A stretch of 60,624 nucleotides of DNA, counting the filler, from Sphacelaria rigidula (taxonomy: Eukaryota): assembly GCA_964200075.2 (NCBI GenBank). It is 3 parts of 3 records of this genome, joined end to end, with 100 filler letters (N's around TTAATTAATTAA, not from the genome) between each part and the next. Parts side by side here need not be neighbours in the genome. Positions count along the whole stretch, not along the records: positions 20,253 to 40,396 come from CAXNAA020000565.1; positions 40,497 to 60,624 come from CAXNAA020000566.1; 1 more part is not named here. One strand, written 5' to 3'. Positions 36,601 through 49,021 of this stretch are shown in pieces. The translations under genes were made by a program, and so were the position numbers. A model generated the notes under the pieces. The model saw only the letters and a list, made by a program, of their open reading frames with translations. It was not told where the DNA came from and ran no database searches. The number at the start of each line of letters is the position of its first letter. Positions within the stretch are counted from its first letter, which is position 1.

Positions 36601-38569
36601 CAACTACACTACCCTCAAATAGAGCTAGCTCGACCTACGGTGAGCTGATCTTTGCCGGGTGTGAAACATTGAGTCTTGTGGTACCGCATGTGATACTCAT
36701 ATCAGCTAACGAGGGGCGTTATTTTTCACACAAGGGAGCGTCTCCTCCGAAGATTGTGAGAGTAGATCCTTCACCCAGGTCAGCCAATAATTAAATCTAA
36801 GGGTGACTACAGATAGCTCCCAAAATCTAGCATCGTATTTTTTTGCTTATCTTTCTTTGTTAGGGAAGAGTCGGAAGAATTCTATCTTGCAAAAAAGTCC
36901 CGTTGATGATCATGCAAAGTCCTCAAGTATCCGGGGAACGTGGGGTAGATTGACTGCAAGTCTCAAAATGGAAGGCTATAATGATATGTCATACAAATTC
37001 GGGGTGACGGGGCAGGTCGTGAACCCTTTTGAAAAAGGATATGTGCTACAATTAAAACAGCCCTATGGAACACGACTCGTATGATCCATGTGTCGCAGTA
37101 GTACACCTCGATGCCTGGAAGTATCTAAAATGTAAGGGTTCGTCACAGTCCTGAGATATCCGGCCATGATGACGGATGACTCCAAAATAAACTGTGGCGG
37201 CGGTTTTCACGATACGCCATTTGTTCTGCTGCCGCTACTTGTCTGCATGTTGACTTTAGTGACATATCACCCGTCCTGTTGTCATTCGCTTTGGGCGTGT
37301 TGCAATGCTCCGGAAATCTGGCTTGCAGTTCTTTTTGTGCACCGTGGACTGCCCGTGGCTCGACGGCAAGCACGTGGTATTTGGCTCCGTGGTGGACGGC
37401 ATGGATGTGGTGTCGAAAATGGAGGCACTCGGCTCGCCCTCGGGCAAGACCACGACGGTAAGTCATATCCTGCCATGCTTTCGGTTCCTTACTTGCGAGC
37501 GAAGTCGTCGCCGTTGCCTCGTTGTGACGAGAGATGAGCATGATCATGTGTTCCCAAAACTTCTTCTATCGCTTCATTTTCTAATATATCTCTTTCCTGT
37601 TTAATTCTCCTTTTTTGTTCATCTCTCCATGATGAATTCACTAACGTATGTGTCGTGCCCCCTCCCTTTATCTTTTCATTTTCTGTAGCGAATATTCGAG
37701 TATTGTTCATCTTGGATGGGTCAATGTTGTGGATAATGATCACCGCTGAAATACATCCCTCTCCTTCAGGGATCAATACATGTGCTATGATCGATCTATT
37801 CATCTGTCTGGTTCATGTTGTGAAGTGTTACGTACAACTTGCGGCCAGACGTGCAATGGTCCCAGCGCAGAATGACTACTGGTGCAACGCATGATTCTTG
37901 AGCTCAATTTTTCAAGTGTTGCGTAAGGTATACAGGAAGTGGGGGATTTGTTATGGACATCCTGAACCGTACCAGACTGTGTCCCCAACTATCCGGTATG
38001 CTTCGTAACGATATCGAACCCCGTTTCCAAGACTCCGGTTTGATTCGGAAGGGCACGCACCGACAATCGATCCCTTGAGCACTTTTGGACATACCTCATG
38101 AACATCAAAAACTTGATACGAATAACTTCAGCTGGTGTACCCTACGGATCACGAGCGCAATTTTGTAGCTATTTGCCACCCTGCCCAGCCGTTTGCATGA
38201 AATGATTAGGATCATGCGCTATGATGATGTTTTGCGGGTGTGCACGGTGTGCACGAGTTGAACCCGCTGTTTGCACTGTGTTTGGATGATGCACCTGAGG
38301 ACAGCTGCAACTTACTGCAGCATCAGGTAACTAGCTGAAACCGTGACACTTTCAATTTTTCATTTCGCATGCACGCTCGTCAAGTCATCAATCGGTCGGT
38401 ACCACCCCGGCGTCGAAATCAAGATCATCTTCCACTTGCAATGTAAACACGAATTCGCACGCCCATCAAAGTCTCATCTTCAATCCACACTCCTTCGCCG
38501 TCTGTCGTCACTTCGTGTGCCCTACTGTACCGGCAGAGCGTTGTCATCAGGGACTGCGGCGAGCTCTAG
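33624..38569 (+). CDS. Cyclophilin-type peptidyl-prolyl cis-trans isomerase (spliced; exons 33624-33708, 34377-34499, 35433-35545, 37329-37457, 38537-38569; 5' end upstream and unresolved)
   Basis: GT-AG exons join in frame to give [38 protein letters not shown]...[36 protein letters not shown]...[33 protein letters not shown]...[10 protein letters not shown]. The hallmark cyclophilin motifs are all present. Confidence 0.96.
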
Positions 38570-39339
38570 GTATCAGGCACATCTACCTCTATTATCTGTA
38601 TCTGTAGGATTAGGGTTCAGATCCGAGTAGTAGAAGCTAAAGCACTTCCCCGAAGTTTGTGAGCGTTCAGGTTGCCATCTCCCGACAGGAATGATTTATC
38701 TGTTCCGAGAGTCGTTGATCGTGTAAGCTCTACCGGTGTCGGTGTTGGTCAGGGTGGAGGAAAATGATCTAGACGGCGGATGAGATGGAATTGCCATGCG
38801 CCGAGGTTTTTGTGTGTTCGCGATGGTACAGGGGAAGGATATTGCCGTCAGGGTTTCCCGTTATTGGAGTCAAGGCCGGGAATCGCTTGTACCGGACAAG
38901 AGATGATATCCTGGAAGAGGACAAGAAGAGCACTCGTATAGTAATAGAGATAGCCCAGATAACATCATGCGTTCTAACGCTGCGTGAAATTCACCTTCTC
39001 TCAAGAAGTGAAAAAGTGAGAGCCATCTCACAGTATCGTGGTATTGGAGGGGTGTTTTTAAAGTCTCCAGTCGAGCCGCCACCAGAACATGCACTCAAAT
39101 CATGTCTCGGAATGGAAGACATGTAAGTCGGAGAGGGAATGAACTGTAGAACGAAGGTGTTTCGCTCTCACGATCCCGAGCAAAAGCAGCCCGAGATGAA
39201 TTTCATGACGATCACACATGGATTCTGCGCGAAAAAGTGTATTCGTGACATTGTCCTTTCCTTGTCCCAAAACTAAAATTCAACCCCAACCAACTATCCA
39301 AGCATCCATCCTCAAACAAATCTTCAATTAATTAATCAA

Positions 39340-40190
39340 CCCTGTTGGGATCGGGCCTCCAAAAGGACCAATGAGGCTGATCAGGAATGACGTGTCTGGC
39401 GTCTGCACGAAACAGTAGTGGCGTGTTGCTGAAAATCCGCGTGTGCAACTGCAGCTCACGACAGACCGAAAGTTCCAGTCTATTTTCAGGCGCAGGGTAC
39501 TAGGTGGTGTATATCTAATGTAGTAAGCAGTATAGGTCGTGGTCAAGAGCTTCCAACAGCATGCGACGACCAACGGGCCACCCGCCACCTGTGGCTTTGG
39601 ATTATACTCTTGTCTCCGTCACCTTACTACACAGCCCTTTGTGGTCGGGGTGGGACGCCATTTCCCACCTTGTTGCATGCGGCGAAATTCTCCTCGAACG
39701 GTGTGAGCGTTGCGGCGCGCATGCATACAACAGTTGAGTGCAGTACAGTCTACCACCCCTCTCCAACTGAAGAAGCAGCTGCCGCTGCACACTCCCTCGC
39801 ACGCTCTGGGCAATTCTCAGCTACCGAAATCAGCTGCCTATATACAGCGTTGTCATCCCCGCCCACTACATACATGTTGACTGCACACTGCAAGTCATCG
39901 GCAGAGGGATATGTAAAATTCATGACGATAGCTCCTTTTGTCTTTCCACAGCCCACCTGGATTTTGTGCCTCGTGAACATGACCACATGCTGGCACGTAC
40001 ACTCCTTCGCGGTTTTTTCCGGTCCACTTTGTGTACGTGTAAATCACCACGTTTTAGTATCGAATTGGGACACAAAAACACATCGGAAAAACTCGGGAAC
40101 GGTATACTGTGTGCAAATAATACCATAAAACCAAGCCGCGACCATCCTGCACTTGGAAACCGGGAGGGACTTATCTAGGCCTGAGGACCG
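39340..40190. mobile_element. Second, diverged copy of the 21187-22390 TIR element (right end not recovered before the gap)
   Basis: Begins tcaa-CCCTGTTGGGAT and is colinear with copy 1 (aggaatgacgtgtct, gagcttccaacag, cacagccctttg, tcggcagagggata) to about 40190. Confidence 0.8.
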
Positions 40191-40396
40191 ACGCCCGGAT
40201 GGGTAGGGTGACTCGTGTACAAAGTCGAGCTAGGGGACATTGTAGGAGGTTAGGTCGATGAGGGACATTTTTGTTTTACTTCCCAACTCCGGCAATACCT
40301 GGGTGGGGGGCACTCCCACGGTGCCTAGTCATACAACCGCTGAGCATGTCCACCCTCGGGTGGGCATGTTTGCCGGGTGGAGCGACTCGAAGCGCT

Positions 40397-40496
40397 NNNN
40401 NNNNNNNNNNNNNNNNNNNNNNNNNNNNNNNNNNNNNNNNTTAATTAATTAANNNNNNNNNNNNNNNNNNNNNNNNNNNNNNNNNNNNNNNNNNNN
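40397..40496. other. Scaffold gap with TTAATTAATTAA filler
   Basis: Same spacer structure as 20153-20252. Confidence 0.95.
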
Positions 40497-40502
40497 GGGT
40501 GT

Positions 40503-40558
<56 letters not shown>

Positions 40559-43500
40559 GAGAAGGGCAATTTGCAGCATCTTTCAATAGTCTAGGTGGAG
40601 GTTTTGACGACTTGAATAAGAAGCAACACAAGAAAAATGCAAGGTTTCAATAATTTATATCAAATGATGCATGGAAGATGTGTAACCTGCCCTACGTTAG
40701 TACGGAAGTCACGTGGTACATGTTGAAGAAAACTAGACATGCGAAGTGTGGAAAGTTTGGGAAGTATGCCCACGTACATAAATACGGAGGTGAAAGTTCC
40801 CCCTCCGTCGTGCTTTCATTGGTGTTCGTCTCGGATAGTCGATGCATGGGTGCTGAATTCGCACACAAAATGAACCCGCGACCGCCCAGGTTACGTCCTT
40901 GTCGATGCTGAACTGTACGAATTCGTACAATACATGCCATTTCCTCCGTTCACGTCCGTATAATTAATCCATCGCTGTGCATCTTGGGCGTGTACGAATG
41001 AAACGCCTGTTGTAACGGCCTATTATAGAAGTTTAGAATAATACCTCTCTACGTTGAAGGTATTTTGCCCATGATCGAACATTGTGTTCAAAGTGTTGAA
41101 AGTCGTGGGTCGGATACCTTGTCGAAGAATAATGTTTCGAGCCTTTGAGGTGGGGGATGTATAATTTGCGAAGTTACAGAGCAGCGAAGTATTGGTATGC
41201 TCGAGAGAAGCGTTCTCAAGATGGGTGTGGTGCTAAGGTAGCTTGTTTTTGGGACGCGATAACTTTTCATGGGGAGAAGTGAGCTCGGGACAGTTGGCAT
41301 TGTTGTTGACCCCAACAGGAAGTATTGCCGCTGCGTATCTTCAACACTGTGCGTCACCCTACTGAAAGGAGCCGAATTCACGTTTCCGAATCGCCAAGCT
41401 CAACGGTGTCGCAAACGGCAGCTGCCAGAAATTCAGCTAGGCATGGAAAATGTCAAGACCGGATAAGAAATTCACAAATGCCCCAACGGATAATAGGTGA
41501 TACGTGATGATGCACTCCCTCTCGCTTTCGCTTTCGATCTCGCTCTTGGTGGGCCTGTTTCGTTGCTTTTCGCTCGCAGTCGAAATTAGCTCTCATGCAA
41601 GCTAGGCTCCAGGAGGTGAACAACTTGGTGAAGCTCAAGAACCCTTCTCTCCTATTACAATTGCAATCCCGGTGACGGTGACGTATTCTTGTTGCGGTGC
41701 CATGTGTGGTGTGGTACAACTACATGTTCGCCACCACTGTTTGAGGTTGAAATGGCAGTCGTTGGATGTATTTGAACGGCATGATCGCCCCAAGTAGTGG
41801 GTGGTGACATCTTTACCGCGATCTTCAGAATCAACCACACAGGGGCGGTTGGTTCAATGCAAGCAACCGTCTGTTTGGGTGTCGCAAAAAGTGTCGGCGA
41901 AAAGCAGAGCAAGATATATTTCATGTGTTTGTTGTGAACGCCTGACGAGTAAGGCTGAGATAATGCACATGGGCAGGAATAGGCTACGGCAAGAAGGCAT
42001 GCATTTTGAATTTGTCGCACGGATGGCGGCTGTACGAGTGTTTCTTGAACAACGCCATGGTTCGTGGTAAATGTGGAGCACGCAATGTTGACGATAATTT
42101 GTACCTTGAAGTTTGGAGCGGATCACGAGAGGCCTCACTCTTCGTGGACACATTGTGACGGACCACAAGCTCTAGATCCCGCCGCGCTTTTCAGGCATCA
42201 AAACGATGGCGCACATAACGGCGTCTTCGTGAGATTGAGAGTAGCTTCGGTCATTCGCTTCAAGTTGGCCATTTTTTTATTCCGTGTGTGCTTTTGTTTG
42301 CCTCCATCACTGGCGTGTGCTTACAGCTACACGCCGATATTCTACTCAGGGATATAAAGGGCCTCAGTGGCAAGCTACTATAGAAAAGAAAGCATATCGG
42401 GCCTCGTCGAGGGGCATTTCGGATCTTGAACGCTCCATTCATTAGTTGATCGTTTTTCATTCTCAATCGCATCCTCTACTCATGAGAACATTGTTACATG
42501 TGAAACGATCGCCGTTCCGCCGCTCGAAGACTTGCGCGATGTATTCAGCTTTCCTCTCGTCGGAAAAAAAATGTCTCGAAGTTCCCAATACGTGGCTGTC
42601 CTCCGACACCGCTGGACCATAATAGCGACACCCGTAGCTTCGCCTTAATTCGCCGTGCTCGTGAAAATAGTTTTCAAGAAGACATGGAAGTCAACGCCAA
42701 GTGCATTGTCTGACAGCAATAACGTGTGGCACTCGACCCGACTAAAAAAATCAACAATAATCAGCATGACTGCCGACGCGTGAGCGTGATATTTAGTTTT
42801 TGTACAGGATGAAGTGCCTCAATCAACAAGCGCGAGGTCCGGCATGTAGCCGCAGCAAAAACGATCACCTAAACACCACAAGCAACGATCAACCAATCAC
42901 ATAGCTGTCGTCATCCAACTGATATATTTTCCTTTTATACAGGATAAACCGCCTCAATGAACACACACGAGCACGCACACGTGGCTGCATCAAATTTAAG
43001 CAAATGCGACATCACTAGTACGATGCACAAGCGTCTCTTGAGTCAAGGTGGTCACCACCCCCCCCCCCCCCCCCCCATAACAAGGCATCCCGTTCTACGT
43101 ACCGATCCGCACAGGTCTCTCCTTCGGCGTGACGGCGTGAGGTGAGATGCCATGAAACACAACACAATTTGTCCATGGGAACATTGACAGAAAACATGGG
43201 CTCCTGACGTTAAAAGCAGCCACCGGCGGGAAATACGCCGAAATGGTTTCACTACAAAGAACCGACACACAAGGTCCACAGCACCATAAGGGAGTAAAAA
43301 CACGCACCCAACGTACCATCAAGCCAAGTCGAGCAACCCCACTCCCCCTTTCCTCTTTCCTTGCGCAAACCCCTCCCTCTCTCTCACTCTCTCGTAGCAC
43401 CCGCAGTTCGACCGTACCAGGAAGTAGCTAAGGGATCGATCCCCTGCGCGCACAAACAAGTGGCAGACCACTTCGCCCATGGCAAGAGCACCCGCGCTGG

Positions 43501-43584
43501 AGTAAAAAAAAAAATTAAAGCCCAAGGACATGACTAGGCCCAAACACTTCGCGCAACACAACCAACGCTATACGCCGCCAACAC

Positions 43585-44747
43585 TCAAATAGTCATGTTG
43601 ATGACATTGCTCGGAGTAAGCCTTCTTCGTCGGTAGAAAAGTACGTACGCTGCCTCCGACACGATCTTGTCTGGCGCCCATTCCTGGAAAAAAGGCAAGA
43701 AATATTCAAACGTCACGATAGGTGTGACAATGGGCCGAATAACAAATACCAGTACCAACCTCACTACGGGGACGGCTCAACTAGCTACCATTATAGAAGC
43801 AAGACAACTCGAAGCACGACCGCACCCGTGCGAATCTGAACATCCGTGCGCGGCCAAGACATCTACTGCGGATCGCTGCGCTTGCATGACAGTGGTAGCC
43901 AAACACCCGGCGTCAAATGCCAGGAAAAAAAGTGAATCAAAGCAGCTACTGTAAACAAAACCCCGAAACAACCGAGGTGGGTGAATCGCGTCAAAAAGCA
44001 GAAGCGATAGAAACGTCGGGCAAAGCACTCCCGTCATAGTCTCGTTTCCAGTCTTGACGAGCACGTCCATCAAGGCGTCCAAGGTACAATTCTCAAGTGT
44101 TGGGATCTGGGCTCATTCAAGCTCGCAAGCTACCGCACGTGAGCAACAAACGAAGCTCAACCGCATGATATCCGTGTCGACATACCCCTGCGCTGCATCA
44201 TAATATATCCCCTTTACCCCATCTCCCCAATACCTTCAGTACTTGGTTTCACGAGTCGAGACACTGCTGGATTCTCACCTCCACAAACTCGTCGTCGAAA
44301 TGAAGCCACGGGTGCTCCAGCCCCCAACCCGTCACCTCTTCCACCCCATCTTTGCTGCACGGAGAAGATCGACAACAAGCCGTGTAGTGCCCCCCTGCCA
44401 TCCCGCCTCCCATGTGATTGAGTACTCCATATAGATCGTAGACCATACCTCCCTGTCCCCCACCCGCCTGCGGAAAGGCAAAGAGTCCGTCCGAAGATGG
44501 ATGGCATGAAGCAGCGTCAAGAGGGGTATGGGGGACGAAACATGGGCCTACCTACAGCAGCGACAGCGACATATTTTCATTTAGCGATGACAAAACTTCG
44601 CTTTAATGCACACGAGTACATTCGACGTTCAAGCGACCACAAATTCCAAGTCCGCAACACAAAAGACGCGTTCGATTTTACTGGGCGAGATCTTTGAGGT
44701 TTCTCTCCACCGGAAGTCGACGCGCTGAGAAAGTACTCGTGTGCTTC

Positions 44748-44785
<38 letters not shown>

Positions 44786-47700
44786 CATCAGTCAGCAGTT
44801 GAAAAGTGGCTTCGCTTCTCGACACGGATACAATAGTATGCATCTCGCGCAAAATGCAGTGGACTGTTTGAACGTCTTCACCTGATTTTTATGCGCAGAG
44901 TTGGAGGAGACGAAGCCGGACATATCCAGGCCTGAGTGAGGAAAAACAACAAGAGTCCTTATCTTCTCTCTCCATCGGGCGGAGCACTGGAAGCGCTTGA
45001 TGTGAATCACCTTCGATATACGAGCAATGGCATAGCGCGAAATAGGATATGCAAAAACACTCAATCTGTCGAGGCATGTGAGATCTCTAGCGCGGTGACT
45101 TGTAGCTAAGCTCGAGGCGAGGACGCTCGCCTCGTGCATTCATTGCATGCTCAACAGCTCCCGACACATCCAACGATTGAGTATGCTGCGATACATGCAG
45201 ACCAACTCTAGCTAGGGGTGATAGACCTCCGCGATACAACAAGCAACGGCGCACAGCACGCACCCGCGAAGGCCAAGTGACATCTTCCAACTCGTGAGCG
45301 AGCTATTATACGTGGAAGTACCTTCTACGCCGAAGCCAACACCACGTGTCCGAATGTAAAATGTTGAGAGGGTGTTTTTGCAACGGAAGCTCACCAGCAC
45401 ATCTGGCATCTTCCAGAGTTCAGTCTTCGTTATTCCTCTTCTATGCGCCTGACACGTCGAACAGTACCACGAATCCTCCTCCTCCAATGTCTCCTCGCGA
45501 GTGTAGGCATCCAAACATTGCTCCAAAGTAAGCCCTGACAAAACAGACTGCGACGAGGATCGAAATACAGAATCCCGCGGACATATCCTTCAGATCACAG
45601 CACGGTTTGAAAACTAGGAAGACATATCGGCGGGTCCTCTCCGGTAGCCCCCCCATTGACAGTAAAACATTAGTACGGATGACGGCCAACACATTTCAAG
45701 GGTCACCGATGATGTGTTCCCGCGTGGTTGTTTCACTACTAGGCAAACACGTTCAGGTCGAAACTCACCACGACCGCAATATACGGTACAGGGACACACA
45801 CACGATTTCGACAACAACAACAACGACAACGACATGCATGCTTCGAAACTCACCCACAAGTATAGTAGAGTGTAGGGAACGCTGTATGTATACAACGATG
45901 GACTGCATCGTGGCGTCTTGTGTTTTCACAAACACCCATTGCTGCTGTAAGATTCGCCGAAACAATCGAGATTGTATGCCACCAATATGCACCCGTGTAT
46001 CTCGGAACCAGCCCACGAGATTCCACAATGGCCATCGACGGCGGCCAGCTACGTGTCCTTGGAAAAGAGTCTAAGCTCTGATTCAAATCATGTTGAGCTC
46101 TTACACTTACATGCGCGTTGTTCTCTAGCTCCACGCAGGAGGGGTGATTATAGATGCGGGCACGAATGTTGAAGTAGTCCCGCCCGCCATCCTTCCACTC
46201 GAGAGCTATGGTCAGCTACGTCACGCCACAAACGAGCACAAAGATGAGCACACGAGAGGTGACGAAATGAGATGGCGCATGGCCCAGATATCGAACAACA
46301 CCAACAACTTTGGATTGTACTGGCGCCAAAGCCAAAGGTTATGGACTGTACGGAGCACATGGCAGTCACCAAGATTCTCCGGACGTTCCGTGCTATTGAC
46401 TACGGAGTGATGTGTATTATGTACACATGTATACCATGCTGATAGCTGACAGCACCGTGGCAAATATGCGACATGCGCGCCGCGACAGTAGAGCTCCGCA
46501 ATCGAGTCAGCGTGCATGATGACGTGGTTAGCGATGCACAAGGGGTTTCAGCACTTCCGCGTGCATGCATGTGCGATTCTTCGGGATGGAAACAATAGAG
46601 GCGTGACCTCACCTTCGAACAGAGGACAGAAGAAGCCGTCCTCCACCTATCTGGTCTGAGCTCCATCGCACCCGCGTCCGAGAGCGGGTTTTGTTTCGGC
46701 ACGATTTTTATCGTGAACGGCAGGAGGTCTGCTAGTCTGTCATCTGATATCCCGCTCTCCAAACCCACAACCGCCCGCGCAATCCATGCCGCCGTCACAT
46801 GTGGTCGCTTGCTGTTGATATCAGCGGGAGGGTGTTCGTGTCATATTTCGAGTCACCACCAGAAGTGATCACCCCATCCGAAAACTGGCGCGATTGACAG
46901 CTAGCGCCCGCAGCAATGTATATTTTTGCCGTGCTGTAGCTTTGCGAGGGCTTTTACTTTACTCCTGGCGCGTCATGCACACCACTAACCACTAGCCGAC
47001 GGATCGTGTTTGATGTTGTGGACCACTTTCGTGTTGCAATATTAGTCATCGTAGCGGCAACCAATTTCACACACATGCAGTGACACAAAAAAAGGAGAAA
47101 GGTTGTATATGCACGCCACAAATATTGCCCCAAAGGAGATGACGTCCATGATGTCCATGATCCACACCAACACCGCTGGACACCTACCTCGCTCCGGCGG
47201 CGGCTTTGGCCATTTTGTCCCCCATCCCCGCCTTAAAATTCCTGCTGCCGCTGGATGCCGCAACGAATCTAGACGCCTGCTGTACTACTAGTCGCCATAA
47301 ATATCTTGCGGATGCCAAGGAAGGGCACTGCACGTGAAACGGCAAGCCGAACAGGTGCTGCAACGCCAGAGGGGAGAGGGGAGAAAACCCGACCGGAGGG
47401 GGGCGGAAGGGGGCATCGGATTAGAAAATTATCAGAGTGGTCGTGGGCATCAAGCTATTTTCGGTATCTTGTGAGTCTGAATTCAGCAGTACTGCACGAG
47501 CTGGAACGTACTCACAGCTTCAAGAGGGCAGCAACGTCTTCATTGCCTGTGGGAGGTACGCAAGCTTGAGAGCAAACTTTGAACGTGGGCGAAACAAGAT
47601 GCCGTGCGGCAACAGAGGATCCGAAGGCAACATTTCCGAACGAAAAAGCACACCGAACGACTAACGAACGATGGTTGTGATAGGTCGTATCACGTAGGCA

Positions 47701-48983
47701 GGACAAACCGCGTAACACGCACTTTCTCCTTGACATATCCCACCCCCTGATGCTCTCTCGTGCTCCGTACGCTCCCGTCGCCCTCGTGGACCAACTCGTA
47801 CGCCCCATCCCTAAAGGCGATGGACAGAGAGGGGGCAAGAAGATGAGGTTGCACGCTTGCACGTCGCTGGTTCAGCGCACATTTACGACCAACTAAACGT
47901 AGGCCGCGGCACGAACGCACTGTAGTCAGCAGTTACTGTGCGGCCGACTCCGACAGCACTCAAGTATTACGAAATACATCCCAGAGCCGTTTTATGCCAT
48001 TCGACAATCAACAACACGCATCCTATATCGAGAAAGTGTAGCAGACGGTCTCGCAAAAGCAGCGCTACAAGACAACATTACATCACAACATCACCGACCG
48101 CGAAAGGGCAGCGGTCAGCGGTCACATAAGTCACGGATGATGATGAGGCAGAGTGTCTTGAGTGTTCATCAAACAGACCGAACGTATGCCACTATAAGAG
48201 CATCCGACCATCGAACGTGCGCAGAGCAGCAGAGGATCACTCACTGGACACGATGCACAGTAACCGTTCCCGGTTTTTTTTGTCGTTCTTGTACATGCTT
48301 CGAAAACCCAACATGGAGTACGGTGATTCGCCCTCACCTACTGGAATTTCGTACGCTCGCGGCCGCCGCTCTGTGGGTTCGGCTGTGGACGACGGGTACC
48401 TCCAACAACCGTTCCACCGCTGTTGTCTGAGGTTCGGAGGGGAAAAAATGACGTCAAGGCAAGGTACATCTTCCAGCAACCTCAGCAAGGGATACCACGA
48501 GGGAGGGAGTTGCAAAATGTGACGCGGTTGTCACTGGACCACGGAACACGACAGTAGCTGGACGGTGGAGTATAGGGCAGTGAACGCGCAGCACTGCAGT
48601 GGACAACAAAGCAACCTTCATAGCAACGACCAGCCCATGCGGGCGTAATGCATACCGGTGAAGATCCATAACGCGTGGGGGAACATGTCAATTCGTTCAA
48701 TGTGGGTGAACCCGTCCGTGTCGAGCGATCAGAGATATTTACTTTTCTTGCCTGGGAGTAGAGGGGTGCAAGCTTGTTATCTCTCCATTCCTGCTCGCCA
48801 TATTGTTCGTCCACTTTGCTGGTGTAGTTATCGAAGTGTACCGTCAACAAGAGCTCTGTTCTTCTCCTACTCGGACTGGGTGGGCTGCGATTGCTGGACA
48901 ACGACCTCCCGTCTCTCCTGGACCGTTTCCCATGATGGTCGATCTTGTACGTACATGCACAAATACACCGTAAACACACAGCG

Positions 48984-49021
<38 letters not shown>

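Noticed and set aside
40504-40557. Poly-G tract of more than 50 nt (G-quadruplex or poly-Pro ORF candidate)
   Set aside because: Directly abuts a gap at a contig end, so it is probably a sequencing or assembly artefact and its length is unreliable.
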